A stretch of 64,000 nt of DNA from Trypanosoma brucei (Eukaryota). The position numbers were made by a program, and so were the translations under genes. The DNA lies in assembly GCA_000002445.1 (NCBI GenBank), contig CP000067.1, positions 1,024,001 through 1,088,000 on the forward strand, given 5' to 3'. Of this stretch, positions 19,124 through 30,473 are shown piece by piece. Position 1 is the first letter of the stretch. Every line of letters begins with the position of its first letter. A model generated the notes under the pieces. The model was not told where the DNA came from and ran no database searches. It saw only the letters and a list, made by a program, of their open reading frames with translations.

Positions 19124-21963
19124 TTCGATGCAACTTCCCGTAAGAATTGCGAAAGGTTTGTTGTGGAATGCTATAAATCCAGTTCCGGGGGAGGAAATAA
19201 ATATGTTGACAATGACAGTGATAGCGATAAACCTGACAAGGGGTGCTCGGAATGCAGTTCAACACTGTCAAAGTAATTGATGCAAAAATTCCGTTTCTGT
19301 TTACGTGCTATAGAGGCGGAGTATGCACCAACTATGTACGAGTGTAATTCACCCCAAACCAAATAAATTTGGGGTCCGAGCTTTGCTGCAGTGAAGATGA
19401 TGAAGTTTAATAGCCTTTTTCTAAGTGTAAAGTCCCACACGTAACACTAAAGAGAGAGGTGCCATGCGACAGGTGTGAACATACTCAAAAAAAAAAGGAT
19501 GATTTAAAGGGTTCGCGAAGCAAAGGTGGAATATTATTGGTACTATACAAATTAACACAAGATTATTGCAGTTAAACCCGAATAAAATACCTTCGCTGTG
19601 GTCAGCGCCTTTTTGCTCAGCACCGTAAATTTTCTTCTTTCTCTCTGTGGATCCGCAGACACAATACGGAGTCTTGCAGCGTTGTGTGGGTGACTTGGCG
19701 CAGGATTAATAAAGGGTGTCATCCACTTGAACTTCATCCCCTGGCCACTGGCGCAAATAAATAAATAAAATATGCTACGAAACGGTTGCTCCTCGCGGTC
19801 ACTCACTTACTTACTCAAAAAAAAAAAGCATCTCATTATTCTATAAGGCTTTAGGCTTTGTAATACATTGCCAACCCCCCTTGTCTCCATCATAGACTAT
19901 TACGCTCAGCTATCAAGTATACTTGACAGACACAATAACATTTTCATTCTCTCTCCTTCTATATTTCTCATTACAATGGTATAACCCAATACGACTCAAC
20001 CTGTTGGTTTATTATTTGAAATCCATCAGCTCATGGAACAAAACCTTTTCCGTATCGGCAGTTGTAGAGGTAAACGATTCCTTTTTATTTATCTCTCTTT
20101 CTCTCTTTCTTATCCACATAACCGGCTGCATTTATATGAGGCAACGGTGCCTTTATCCAAAGTCATTACTTCTACTACTTTTACTACGGTTGGGAGATGA
20201 GCCATAAATGACACAAAATCCCTGCACTTATACGTTGCTGTGGCGTAATAATACTTGTGAATGTGCAAAACAAGAGAAAAAAAGAAGAAAAAGCGTGAAG
20301 AAAGAAAAGATTATGTGTAATAATAGCCATTGTTAGTTAGTTATTTGTATTTTTTCCCCCCTTTCTTAACATAACGACGAGTGAACCAGCAACTCGGCGT
20401 TAGACGTGCGGTTGCATCTTCCAACTGGACAAGAGTGCAGTAATAATAGTAGTAATAAAATGGAGAGTAAGAAGGTGATGAAAAGCATTACCAACGAGTA
20501 CAATAAAAAAATAACCAACCAAACAAAAAAATATTTATCTATCGAAGGAGGAAACAAAGAAGAAAATAGAGTGGAAATGACATCAAGGAAACAAAAAACA
20601 AACAAGAAAGTACAGATTGAAACAACAACACCAAAAACAAACAAACAAACAAACACCACTGAAGGGAATAAAAAAATAAAATAAATGTAAACCATCAAGT
20701 AAAATAAACCAAACATAGTAAAAAAAAAATAAACAAAACAAAAAGAAAGGAGAAAGTAAGAACAGGTTATGTGCATGTGATACATGTGTGTAGGCACCGT
20801 GTAACAAAATATATGATGAAAAGGAAGAAACTACATGCGATAACGCATGGACATTTCATCTTCCCGTTGTTGTTTTAAAGACACGCAAAGGAAAAAAAAA
20901 AAACAACAACGGAACGAAATACACATACATGCGTACACAAAACAAATGGGTACCATTAAGTACCTGAGTTGCATGCTCCCCTTTTTCTTTTTTCTTTTTT
21001 TTTTTTCCACCTCAATCAGAACTGATCACAATTATCACATTGATTTAAAATATTTATCATTTTTCCGTGTTGCTGTCTGACCTTCCTTCCTTCATTTGTT
21101 CCTTCTCTAAATGTTTCTACGGTTCCTTCCTTCATTTCCTTTCCTAAAATAAATAAATAAATATGAAGAGTTCACAAATGAGGTGCAGTGCTTCCTCTAT
21201 CTTAGACGCGCGCGCGTTAAGTTTAAGTTCTGATCACTTTTTTATTTGTGAGTTAATTCATCAATCCTCAAGCTCTTCCTTCCCAGCCCTTGACCGTTAT
21301 TTCTTTTTTTTTTTGTTTCCTCGTCTCGCTCCACCTTTCATTTTTATTTTCATTTCATTTTTTTTCCTTTTTTGTTTTTGTTTTTCTTTTCTTCCCACTT
21401 AAATAACGATATGCCGGCATAGTGATCCTTCATTGAGTACGATAATAATTCCCGTGTCTGTACGTAACATAATATAACATTGTTGCCTTGTTTTTTTTCT
21501 TTTTTTCTTTTTTCCTGAGCTCTGTTCACTCTCGTGATTCATCTTCTCTAACGCGTTCCGTCCGTGTCGCTGTCATGTTTCCTTAGTGGGCGTTATGGAA
21601 TAAATGACTGTATGGACGGCGACGTCAAGAGGGAGTGAATTCCTTACAGTTCATTCATACAAACAGTTTCATCCCTGTCATGCACCTTCACATGAAAAAA
21701 AAAAAACAACAACATTCTCGTGCACACATTTGCAGAGTCATTCGCAAAACACACAACCTGAGAGACCCGCTATGTACATATAAGAATGTGTATACATACA
21801 TATACATGTAGATGTGCCAATGACCACTACAGACCTTTATCTTCCTTTACCTCCATCTTTCTTTTCCTTTTTCTTTTTTTTTTGAATCGGGGTAAATTTT
21901 GTATAAATTCGATATCATTGACGAGTGACATATTTCTTGCATTTCTTTCTACTTATTGTATCC

Positions 21964-24525
21964 TTATTCATCACTGTCAGTTTCATCACCCGGTATTTCA
22001 AAGGCATCGGATGCAGCCACCCTGAACCTGTCCAATCCATCCTCAGAACTTTCGGAATTGTCGTTTCCATGGTTTTGTGGTGAAGGCGGCGCTTGCGGCT
22101 GCGGTACGTCCATTGCCGGCTCGGGTTCATCGGCTTGGGTCTCTTCAACAACGGGCACTTCTTCAGCTGCAGGTTCAGTTGCAATCTCCTCAGCTTCCGG
22201 CCCTTCTTCAGCTTCCAACTCTTCTGTAAGCTCGCAGGATTCCTCATGAGCCGCTTGTGAGACCTCTTTATCCATTTGCGGCTGGTCATCGTTTAGTATT
22301 GTTTCAGCATTGAGTGACACAGGTTCTTCTGCTTCAGTCACGATATATTCCCTTATTGCCTCTGCATCTTCTTCATTGTTTTCGTAGTATACTTCCGCTG
22401 GAGAGAGGCCCCATCCCCAAAAGGGTGTTGGTTCCGCATCAGCTGCTTTTACTTGCCATTCACGTACAGCACCAGGCACCCGGTAGGAGGTAAATGTGAC
22501 GCAGTTGCGAAACACGCGACAAGTCGGTTCAAGTGTGGTGAAGTGAATGTCAAGCTTTTCGTCCAATGGTGTGCTGGACCGAATGCCAATTACGAAACCC
22601 TTGCGGCGACCCTCGCATGTTCCCCCGCGGTGGATGCGAGGAATGACAAAGTATGGAGTCTCGCTGGCTTCAAAGGTACATTTCATCGCAACGTCTCGCC
22701 CCACAACAAAGTTAAAGCCTTCTGCAGGGGTTTCGGGATCAGAGCTGCTGCATTGATACACAAATTGTTTATTGCCCTCCGCACGGGAGACACACAGTAA
22801 CACAGGCGACAGTTTTACATCAGGAGACTCTAAGGGAAGACCGCGTTTATCCCTCTGCGAAAGAGTTAACACAACTTCAACGGTTTCCTTTGCCCGAATC
22901 ATAAGCACAAGATTGGGATGTTCATTGTCAAATTCACCAGCAACACGGTAGTCATACACCGGCTTCTCGTCCAAGTACAGAACTCCGCAACCATTAAATA
23001 CCTCAACAGCTTCTGACCATTCGATGAAAAATATACCGTCATGCGCTTCGAAGCACGGCTCGCAACTCGACTGTATCTCGCTGTGCTCGGTCCACTTGTC
23101 GCTACCTTCTCGCCACTGACCGGACCACGGCATCGCAGGTTCCCACGGGTTGAACATCTTCAGAAGCGTAATGTTCTCCTCAGGGAAGTTGTGGACAGAC
23201 AGCAGCGCGTATGAGTAACCTTCCCTGAGACCATTCGCAACAGCGGTTGCTGCTTTCCTTCCGGTTGGAACGCTCAAAATGACGGGATTGTGAGCTTCAA
23301 CATATCCCGTAATCTTCTGAATGAGTGCATTCTTTTTCTCCTCATCCGTCGCCGCGTCACGCCATGCTTTATCGAATCGGTACACTGGCGCTCCAGTAAA
23401 GTTCTGTAGGGCGAGGAGTGTGTCGCCTCCTGTGATGCTTGCATAAGAGCCATACAATTTTGCGTAAGCTTTTTGCAGCAAAGATGGCCACAACTCTCCG
23501 GAGTCATCGATGCAGCGTGCGTAGCATGGCACACCACCAACTGTTGGAAGAAAGTCATCTACCAGAATGTTCTTCCACCATCCGTCTTTGTTCAGTAGGA
23601 CACGGTAGGCGCCCATTTGCTTCTCGGCAGGTGTGGTGGAGGCAAACATCGCCTTGACGCGTTCCTCATCGGTGGCAAGCAGGGAAAGCGCACTTACGAA
23701 CCACGAATCTCCAAGCGTGCCCGCCTCCACGCAGGAGGAAAGGACGACACCGCGCACAGCATCGATATTTTCCTCGCCACATTGAGCAAACTCGCTTGGA
23801 CGACGCACCTCCACTGGCTGGATAAACCGACCATCACCATCAAGGCGTGAGAACATGCTGTTTGACGGGAGGAAATTTATGTCAGCGTAACGCACAAGAG
23901 AGTCTGAGCATAGTTTTAGAAGTTCTTCATCGTCCACTTCTTCCCACGGTAGTGCCATGACCGCCTCCACATCTTTCTTACCTTCCTCACTGATAATCTG
24001 GAGATGATTGTAGTACTGCTGGGACAGTGGGTGTGCGTACACATCAACTGTATTCAACACCACTGAACCAGAAAGGAACTCCAGTGTTTCTAGTGGGTAT
24101 ACAACGGCAGATATGACGGTCTCTCCATTCTCTTTTGTATTCACTGTTGTTGCTTCACAATGTTCCACATATGACTCGGGGGCGATAACGACCTGTACGC
24201 ACATCTCATAGTTCATGGTGTCGTTGTAGAAGAACCAGCGACCCTCTTCATCAATGATGCGGAAACATTGGCCCTTCGGTGGGAAGAATGACGTCACTTC
24301 ACCGGTAACGGTGCATTTGTTGTACACGAAACCCGTCTCTTTCACTGCAATGACATTCTGAAGGCGTGCGGCTCTTGGAGTTAATGGCACCTCCTCAACT
24401 TCCTCAACCACTGACGCTTCCGATGGGACACTTGGCGATTTTGGCGGTGGTGTTGGTGGCTTTGGCGGAGGCGGTGCAGCCGCTTGAGGTGGCTGTGGCT
24501 TTACCTTTGATCCACCACAACCCAT
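21964..24525 (-). CDS. CAP5.5: Calpain-like cytoskeleton-associated protein (CAP5.5-like) with an N-terminal dual-acylation motif and an acidic C-terminal tail
   Basis: The 853-aa ORF has a verified ATG start. The N-terminus is MGCGGSKVKPQPP, with G2 available for myristoylation and C3 for palmitoylation, followed by a Pro-rich stretch. The calpain core carries LGDSWFVSALSLLA (Cys replaced by Ser) and REGYSYALL where GHAYS is expected. The C-terminal 150 aa are E/D/P-rich. The gene symbol comes from my recall of T. brucei CAP5.5 and has not been checked. Confidence 0.75.
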   Translation of the reverse strand: MGCGGSKVKPQPPQAAAPPPPKPPTPPPKSPSVPSEASVVEEVEEVPLTPRAARLQNVIAVKETGFVYNKCTVTGEVTSFFPPKGQCFRIIDEEGRWFFYNDTMNYEMCVQVVIAPESYVEHCEATTVNTKENGETVISAVVYPLETLEFLSGSVVLNTVDVYAHPLSQQYYNHLQIISEEGKKDVEAVMALPWEEVDDEELLKLCSDSLVRYADINFLPSNSMFSRLDGDGRFIQPVEVRRPSEFAQCGEENIDAVRGVVLSSCVEAGTLGDSWFVSALSLLATDEERVKAMFASTTPAEKQMGAYRVLLNKDGWWKNILVDDFLPTVGGVPCYARCIDDSGELWPSLLQKAYAKLYGSYASITGGDTLLALQNFTGAPVYRFDKAWRDAATDEEKKNALIQKITGYVEAHNPVILSVPTGRKAATAVANGLREGYSYALLSVHNFPEENITLLKMFNPWEPAMPWSGQWREGSDKWTEHSEIQSSCEPCFEAHDGIFFIEWSEAVEVFNGCGVLYLDEKPVYDYRVAGEFDNEHPNLVLMIRAKETVEVVLTLSQRDKRGLPLESPDVKLSPVLLCVSRAEGNKQFVYQCSSSDPETPAEGFNFVVGRDVAMKCTFEASETPYFVIPRIHRGGTCEGRRKGFVIGIRSSTPLDEKLDIHFTTLEPTCRVFRNCVTFTSYRVPGAVREWQVKAADAEPTPFWGWGLSPAEVYYENNEEDAEAIREYIVTEAEEPVSLNAETILNDDQPQMDKEVSQAAHEESCELTEELEAEEGPEAEEIATEPAAEEVPVVEETQADEPEPAMDVPQPQAPPSPQNHGNDNSESSEDGLDRFRVAASDAFEIPGDETDSDE

Positions 24526-25372
24526 CGTATATAATTGTTGCTCGAGTAACTTATTTGTTTACAACTTTCTGCTCTTCTTACGATACCGTGCGAGAGATTA
24601 AGCCAGGGTTCCTGTACGTCTTTTTCCTTTTTCTTTTGTTGTCCCTTCACGATCTTCCCCTTTGTCTTTCCTATGCCGCTAGGTGGTGCTTGCCACAAAC
24701 ACTTTGATTGGATCTCAACTTAAACAAGAAGGACTGTTTCTCTTCCCTCTTTACCCTGACTATGGATTTTTTTTCCCCCTCCAATAATATATGTATGTAT
24801 GTTTTTTTTTTTTGCAGTTCCCTTATCTCTTAAATGGTCTTTTTCTGTTGGCTCTTTTATTTTTTCTCCGTTTGACGTTGTGCGACGCTCAGCTCTGCTT
24901 TGTCTTTTCTAATTCGATGGAGAGAGACCATGTTAGGGTTGAGTGTATACAAGAATGATGTGGTGATACAGCAGTAGTGAGAGTGGCATATTTTGTCAGC
25001 TTATGCGAGCATCAATCTTTAGTTAAATGTACGAGTGAAACGCACGCACATCAGTGAAACAAAATCCAAACAAACGACGAAGTTCTGTGTAATTGTCAGA
25101 TGTGTGAAGATGGAGGGAAATGTGTTAAAGGAACAGTGCAAATGCCTTATTAGTGCCGTGCAGCATTCAGTGTGGAACTTAAAACAGGTGAGGAGAATGC
25201 GCTCAGTTCAACAAAAATCACGCACCCACTAGTGACATTTTCCATTGTTCAAATACCAAAGTGCATACACAAACAATATCTCAAATCTTCGACTTTCAAC
25301 CACTAAGTACTTTCTTCTCCCCCATTTTTTTTTAAAAAAAGGAAAGTCTCGTGCCATATAAATAAACTTAAA

Positions 25373-25407
<35 letters not shown>

Positions 25408-25444
25408 CAAATATAAATGTATGTATTGAAGAATTGCACGGATA

Positions 25445-26098
25445 CTACAAACTCCACAACGATCGCACAGTGAGACTGTCACGCCACTCCAACATTAGCG
25501 GGTGAGTGGAAACTTGACTTGTACCCGCAACTGCCACCTGCACCGATCCAACGGAACCAAATGTAAACCAAATGAGCGGGAAGGTGGCGAATGGAAGTTT
25601 CTCTCGTAACCCCCGATCAGGGTAGCTGTTAGTAACCACAATGTAATGAAACACGCCATTGATTTGCTTCGCCCATGCCGAAACATTTTCCAACATCGAC
25701 AGCATTACAGCGGTGAGCCGCTCGTCACCCGCATCCAAAAATGCCTCATCATCAACAACAACTAACGCTGGCAGACTGCTGCCCACCGTCCAACTACTCA
25801 ACTCTCTCACAACTTCCGCCATGCTAGACAAATAAGCAAATTCAATACGAGTGAGCGCATCTTCGTTTAACTCTTCAAGTGGTGTAAAGGGTTTCGGCAT
25901 TTTTTCATAGAGCACATGCTCCTGACAAAGGATAATCACACGTTCCTTTTCGCCTACTACCGTATTGATAACTGCTTGGAATGCAAACGATGTCTTTCCG
26001 CAAGATCGTGACCCGTGTATAAAGCAACCATGAGCCACAAGTGGTGTAGGGGGTGCGTTAATTTCTTTTGGGAGGAATCGTGAGATATCTAGTGACAT
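25445..26098 (-). CDS. Small P-loop NTPase of unknown function (Walker A and a candidate Walker B)
   Basis: The 217-aa ORF has a verified ATG start. It carries HGSRSCGKTSFAF (G-x4-GKT/S) and a hydrophobic-strand-plus-Asp segment, LPALVVVDDEAF. The size and layout suggest a RecA-like or Rad51-paralog-like core, but I could not assign a family by eye. Confidence 0.5.
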   Translation of the reverse strand: MSLDISRFLPKEINAPPTPLVAHGCFIHGSRSCGKTSFAFQAVINTVVGEKERVIILCQEHVLYEKMPKPFTPLEELNEDALTRIEFAYLSSMAEVVRELSSWTVGSSLPALVVVDDEAFLDAGDERLTAVMLSMLENVSAWAKQINGVFHYIVVTNSYPDRGLREKLPFATFPLIWFTFGSVGSVQVAVAGTSQVSTHPLMLEWRDSLTVRSLWSL

Positions 26099-28722
26099 TT
26101 TCTGTATTCCTCCACAAATAATAGTAATAATATATATATATATATATATATAATCTCTTCAGTTCTATGTTGTTGCCCTGTTTATATATTTATTTATTAA
26201 ATCCTCCTCTTCTGTTATTCCTTTAGTGGGCACACACGTTTTGAGGGACACGCCGCTAGCAGCAGAACAAAGCGAGCGTAACGAAAGAAAAGCTATAAAA
26301 TCTTGGAGTTATCAAGACACTTTCATAGCATAAAGAAATGAGCCCTTCCGCTTACATTCTCCATCCAGTGAGGATGATTCACACATTGCGTTACATGGAG
26401 ATGCAATCACCCCTCGTTATGATTAGCGATAACATAAATGAAGAATTTTCATGGCGGTTACACCACCGAGCAAACTCTTCTCATTTTGTTTCATTTCGAT
26501 ATTCTTTCACTGACAAAAAGGAACAAACAATTGATAAGTTGAATATAATCTCTCTGCCCCAACACGATAGAGAGAATTTATGGCTTTTTAGCCATTTTTT
26601 TTCGCATGTTTTTTTCTTTGTGACAACAGCGACCCGAAACTCGCACATTCCGACGTCCATGACCGAGACACCTAAGCAAAGTGCTGAATCTTACATACTA
26701 GAGAATTACATACACACACACGTATATAATATAATATAACATAATATAAATATATATATATGTGTATTTTCCTGCCTGAGAGTTCGTCCATGTTCGCATG
26801 GTTTTTTTTCATTTTCGAAATGACACGTCGCTAATTTAAGTCAGCAGCGGGGTGCGAAAGCGGGTAGCATTTTCATCCACTACCTTCTTTCTTCTTCTTA
26901 TTTATTTAATTTGTTTTTATTTGTTTTGAAGGCAATGACATAGCACCGATTTGTGGTCTAGAGGCTTCTGTTAACATGACGCAGCAATATATGCACATAT
27001 TTTGTTTACAAGTGAAACACTAAATGGCATATTTTAACATGAAAAAGAAAAAATTAAACAATATGGGAAGAAGAGCTACGTGTAAGGAAGGAAATAATAA
27101 AAATAAATAAAAAATATATATATATATATTAAAAATAAGGGCAGAAAGAGAACACAAAAAGAAGACAATAGGAAGAAAAACGCTTGAACAGAAGTGCGGA
27201 AACCCTATTCAAATTCACCGTGTATATATAAATATAAATATAAATAAATAATTAAATAAATAAATAAATATATGAGTGTGTGTGTGAGAGAGCGTGGATG
27301 GCAATGAAAAGAAGTGAAAAGTAAAAGAAGAAAAAGAAAAAAAACAAAGGGAAATAAGTGAAGGAGGTGGTGAATGACAAGAATACGAAAAGGAAAAGAA
27401 AAAAAAAAGAGCGATGATAACACTGCTGTGAAGGTAGCGGTTGGAGTGGAGGGAAGGAAGGGAGGCGGGAAAGTTATGGAAAAAAAAAAACAGGAGCAAA
27501 AAAAAAAAGGAAAACAAAGACACGGAAGGGAAACAATGGTACTACTACTAATAATGATAATAATGATGAATATAAATAAATATTTATTTCAAAACAAAAC
27601 AACACCAACAATGAAAATGAAAATGATGATGATGATGATGACAGGATAGCAAGGAATGAAGGAGGGTAGAAATGGACAGACGAAAGGGAGAAAAAAAAAA
27701 GAGAAGAAAAAAAACGTACCCTGGGGGAAATCCCGGAAGTTTTGAAGGGAAGCAACATTCAACGGCAATTAATGAACAGTTTTTTTCCGTTTTATTCTTT
27801 TCGCCCTTCAAAAGAAAAAAAAGGAACACCAAGCAGAGCAATGAGGGTAAAGAATAAAAAAAAAAAGTCGAAGCAAAATAAGACATATTAATGGCAAAAA
27901 CGAAAACAAAAGAGGTAAAAATCGACCAAATGAATGAATTGAGAGAAAATCTTAGACGGTTAAGTCTTTTGTTTTTTTCCCCCTCCTTAGAAAAGTCAAA
28001 TAATGAGTAAAATTTCCCCTTCATATCTTCGTGTGCATATTAGCCTACAGGAGCGCTCAACTATTTTTCTTTTTTACTCCTTCCTTCCTTCCCTTTTTGT
28101 TGTTGCTTCTTTTATTTCATTTTGTATTACTTTCCTTATATATTGTACTAAAATTATTCTCATTGCTGTAGTTTTTTTTTTCTTTCTCTTCCTTCAGTTA
28201 CCTTTTCCCTCTTGAAACACTTATGTAAATAGATATATTCATTCAATTATTGCATTTCTTCCTTGTTTTATTCGTAAAATAGTCAAATGTCCGATGAATA
28301 AAAGGAAAAATCACCAAAAAAAAAGAAAAAAACAAGACAAATGCCCGCAAGAATAATTAAAAAAAAAAAAGAGGCGACGCACATTTTTTTTTTTAAAGGA
28401 GAAAATTGGAACGGACGTAACGCTGCGTGCTTGAGGCCTGCCGAAGCAGATGGATAAATACATAAAAGTAAATAATCACCAACAAAAATATGAAGTAAAA
28501 ATAAATGAATTGAAAAAAAAAACGGTAAAATATTAAAACAAATAAAAATATAAATGGTGGTGGTGGTGGTGGGGGAACACGAGGGACGGGGAAGTTTCTT
28601 TGTTTGTTTTTTAAATGAAGGGGCATAAAATAAAATGGCCGAGTGCAACCAAATGTCTCCCCTCATATCATCGTTATTATTATTATTGCTGTTGTTATAT
28701 TTTTATATGAATATGACTTCAA

Positions 28723-28762
28723 AGAGAGAGAGAGAGAGAAAAGGTGTGTGTGTGTGTGTGTG
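28723..28762. repeat. Compound (AG)n-(GT)n dinucleotide repeat
   Basis: Directly visible as agagagagagagagaga aaag gtgtgtgtgtgtgtgtgtg, inside the long low-complexity spacer. Confidence 0.9.
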
Positions 28763-30473
28763 CGGGAAGTGAAAAAAAAAATGAAATAAGAAAAAGAAAA
28801 CGGAACAAAAACAAAACAAAACGAAATATAACAATGAGCCAAAATGACAACAACAACAAAGAGAAGAACAAGCGCCTGTACTGAGCTGACGATGCACTCT
28901 TTTTTTTTTTTTTGTTGTTGTCACTTACTAAAAAAAACATTGACAGAAATGATAAGGGATAGGATGATGTTCTCACACCCCCGTTCTATCGGTAGTTGTA
29001 ATAAAAATAATAATGATTATGATAATAATAAAGATTACTATCGTTAAAGAACAAGAATAAATCGGATAACTGCATTTGTGCCCACATATATATTTACTTT
29101 TTTTTTTTAAAATTTCGTTTCTCCTCTATGCGTACAAGAATGTGCAGGCGCGTGGGGTCCATACATCAAGTGCGCTAAAAGGAGTATACGTTGCAGAAGC
29201 AAATTAGTAACAGTTTGAATATATAAATAAATAAACAAATAAATAAATATGTACAGAAATACAAAAATATATTGCTTCTCTTGTTCTTGTCTGTTATTAT
29301 ATTTTTCCTTCACACACCGGAAGACACGAAGGAAATGCAACACGTATGTATGGGAAAGAAATAATAAGACGCGCACTTTGGAAGCAACACGGCAAAGCGG
29401 GAGTTGCGAGCCAAACAACAACAACAAAAACAATGACAAAGCAAACAGAAGGGTGGGGGGGGGGAAATAGGAGCACCGAGAGCAAAACGAATCCTAAAAT
29501 AAACGAAAGTTGAAGCAACAAACAGACAAAAAGAAAAAAAAAACAAACGAAAAACAAAAAAGGCAAACACAACAACCGGAAGAATAATAAGATGAATGCA
29601 AACAAAATGGCAAATCCACGGCATCACCATATTTGAGACGGGGTCCGGTGGTTTTCTTTTTTATTTAAAATAATGCATTTTAAAGAAAAAGAAATAAAAT
29701 CTAAAACAAAAAATGGTTCCCTGTCATTTAATGAACGCAATTACCTAACATATTTTTATTCGTCTATCGCCCACTCGTCTTTATTGTCTCTGTTTTACAC
29801 GGCCTCTGCATCTCCGTAAGTTATACATGTTTTAAGGTTTATATAAATAAATGACAAAATATATAAATACTAAAACAATGCACTTAAGAGGTGTCGAGAG
29901 GGTTTATAAGCATACGCGTGTATGTGAGAAGTAAACGACAAACCGTGGCTTGAAAACCTTTTTTCTTCACGTTTTCTTCCCCCTCTCTAGAAAATGAATT
30001 CTGTTCCTTCGATTTTTCCCACCCCCCCAAATCGAGCTCCTCATCAAAATAACACACACACACAAAAAAAAAACAGACAAAACAAAACACGAACAAGGAC
30101 GCGCGCCCACTCCAACTGAAATATTTTCCCTTTCCCTTCTTTTATTTTTTATTTTTCTCCCTTCCCCTCACCTTCTGTGAGCAGAATGCGACTTACTTCG
30201 GTACAACTAAAAAGAGAGATGAGGTTGCAGAACAGGGAGATAAATAACTCCTTCCCCCACCTCCAAAGCAACAAAAGACGAGAAAACGGGAGGAAAACAA
30301 CAACAACAACAACAAAAAAGAGGACAGCTGCAAACACTCACACTCACTCATATATATAGACACACACACAAACATACATATACATATACCGACGAAAAAG
30401 AAAAAGAAAGAGCAAACGAAACACAATAAAGAAAGAACAACAACAGCAACAACAAAGGAAGTGACTGATACAT

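Noticed and set aside
17353-19280. Multiple short ORFs on both strands within the calpain-like gene
   Set aside because: They are nested in or antisense to the 792-aa calpain-like CDS, whose domain content explains the region.
19552-19806. Minus-strand 84-aa ORF in the 2.8-kb spacer between the two calpain-like genes
   Set aside because: It has the correct strand but is short, has no motif and has no polypyrimidine/AG context that I could recognise upstream. It cannot be supported without transcript or conservation data.
26338-26739. Plus-strand 133-aa ORF in the spacer downstream of the P-loop gene
   Set aside because: It has the wrong strand for this unidirectional cluster, lies in AT-rich low-complexity sequence and has no motif. 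It is probably part of a UTR or spacer.
27205-29630. Numerous 60-146-aa ORFs on the minus strand within the 4.4-kb low-complexity block (e.g. 27584..28024, 28283..28666, 29310..29630)
   Set aside because: Their translations are homopolymeric (F/L/S/C-rich) and derive from pyrimidine-rich simple sequence, with no coding-like composition.
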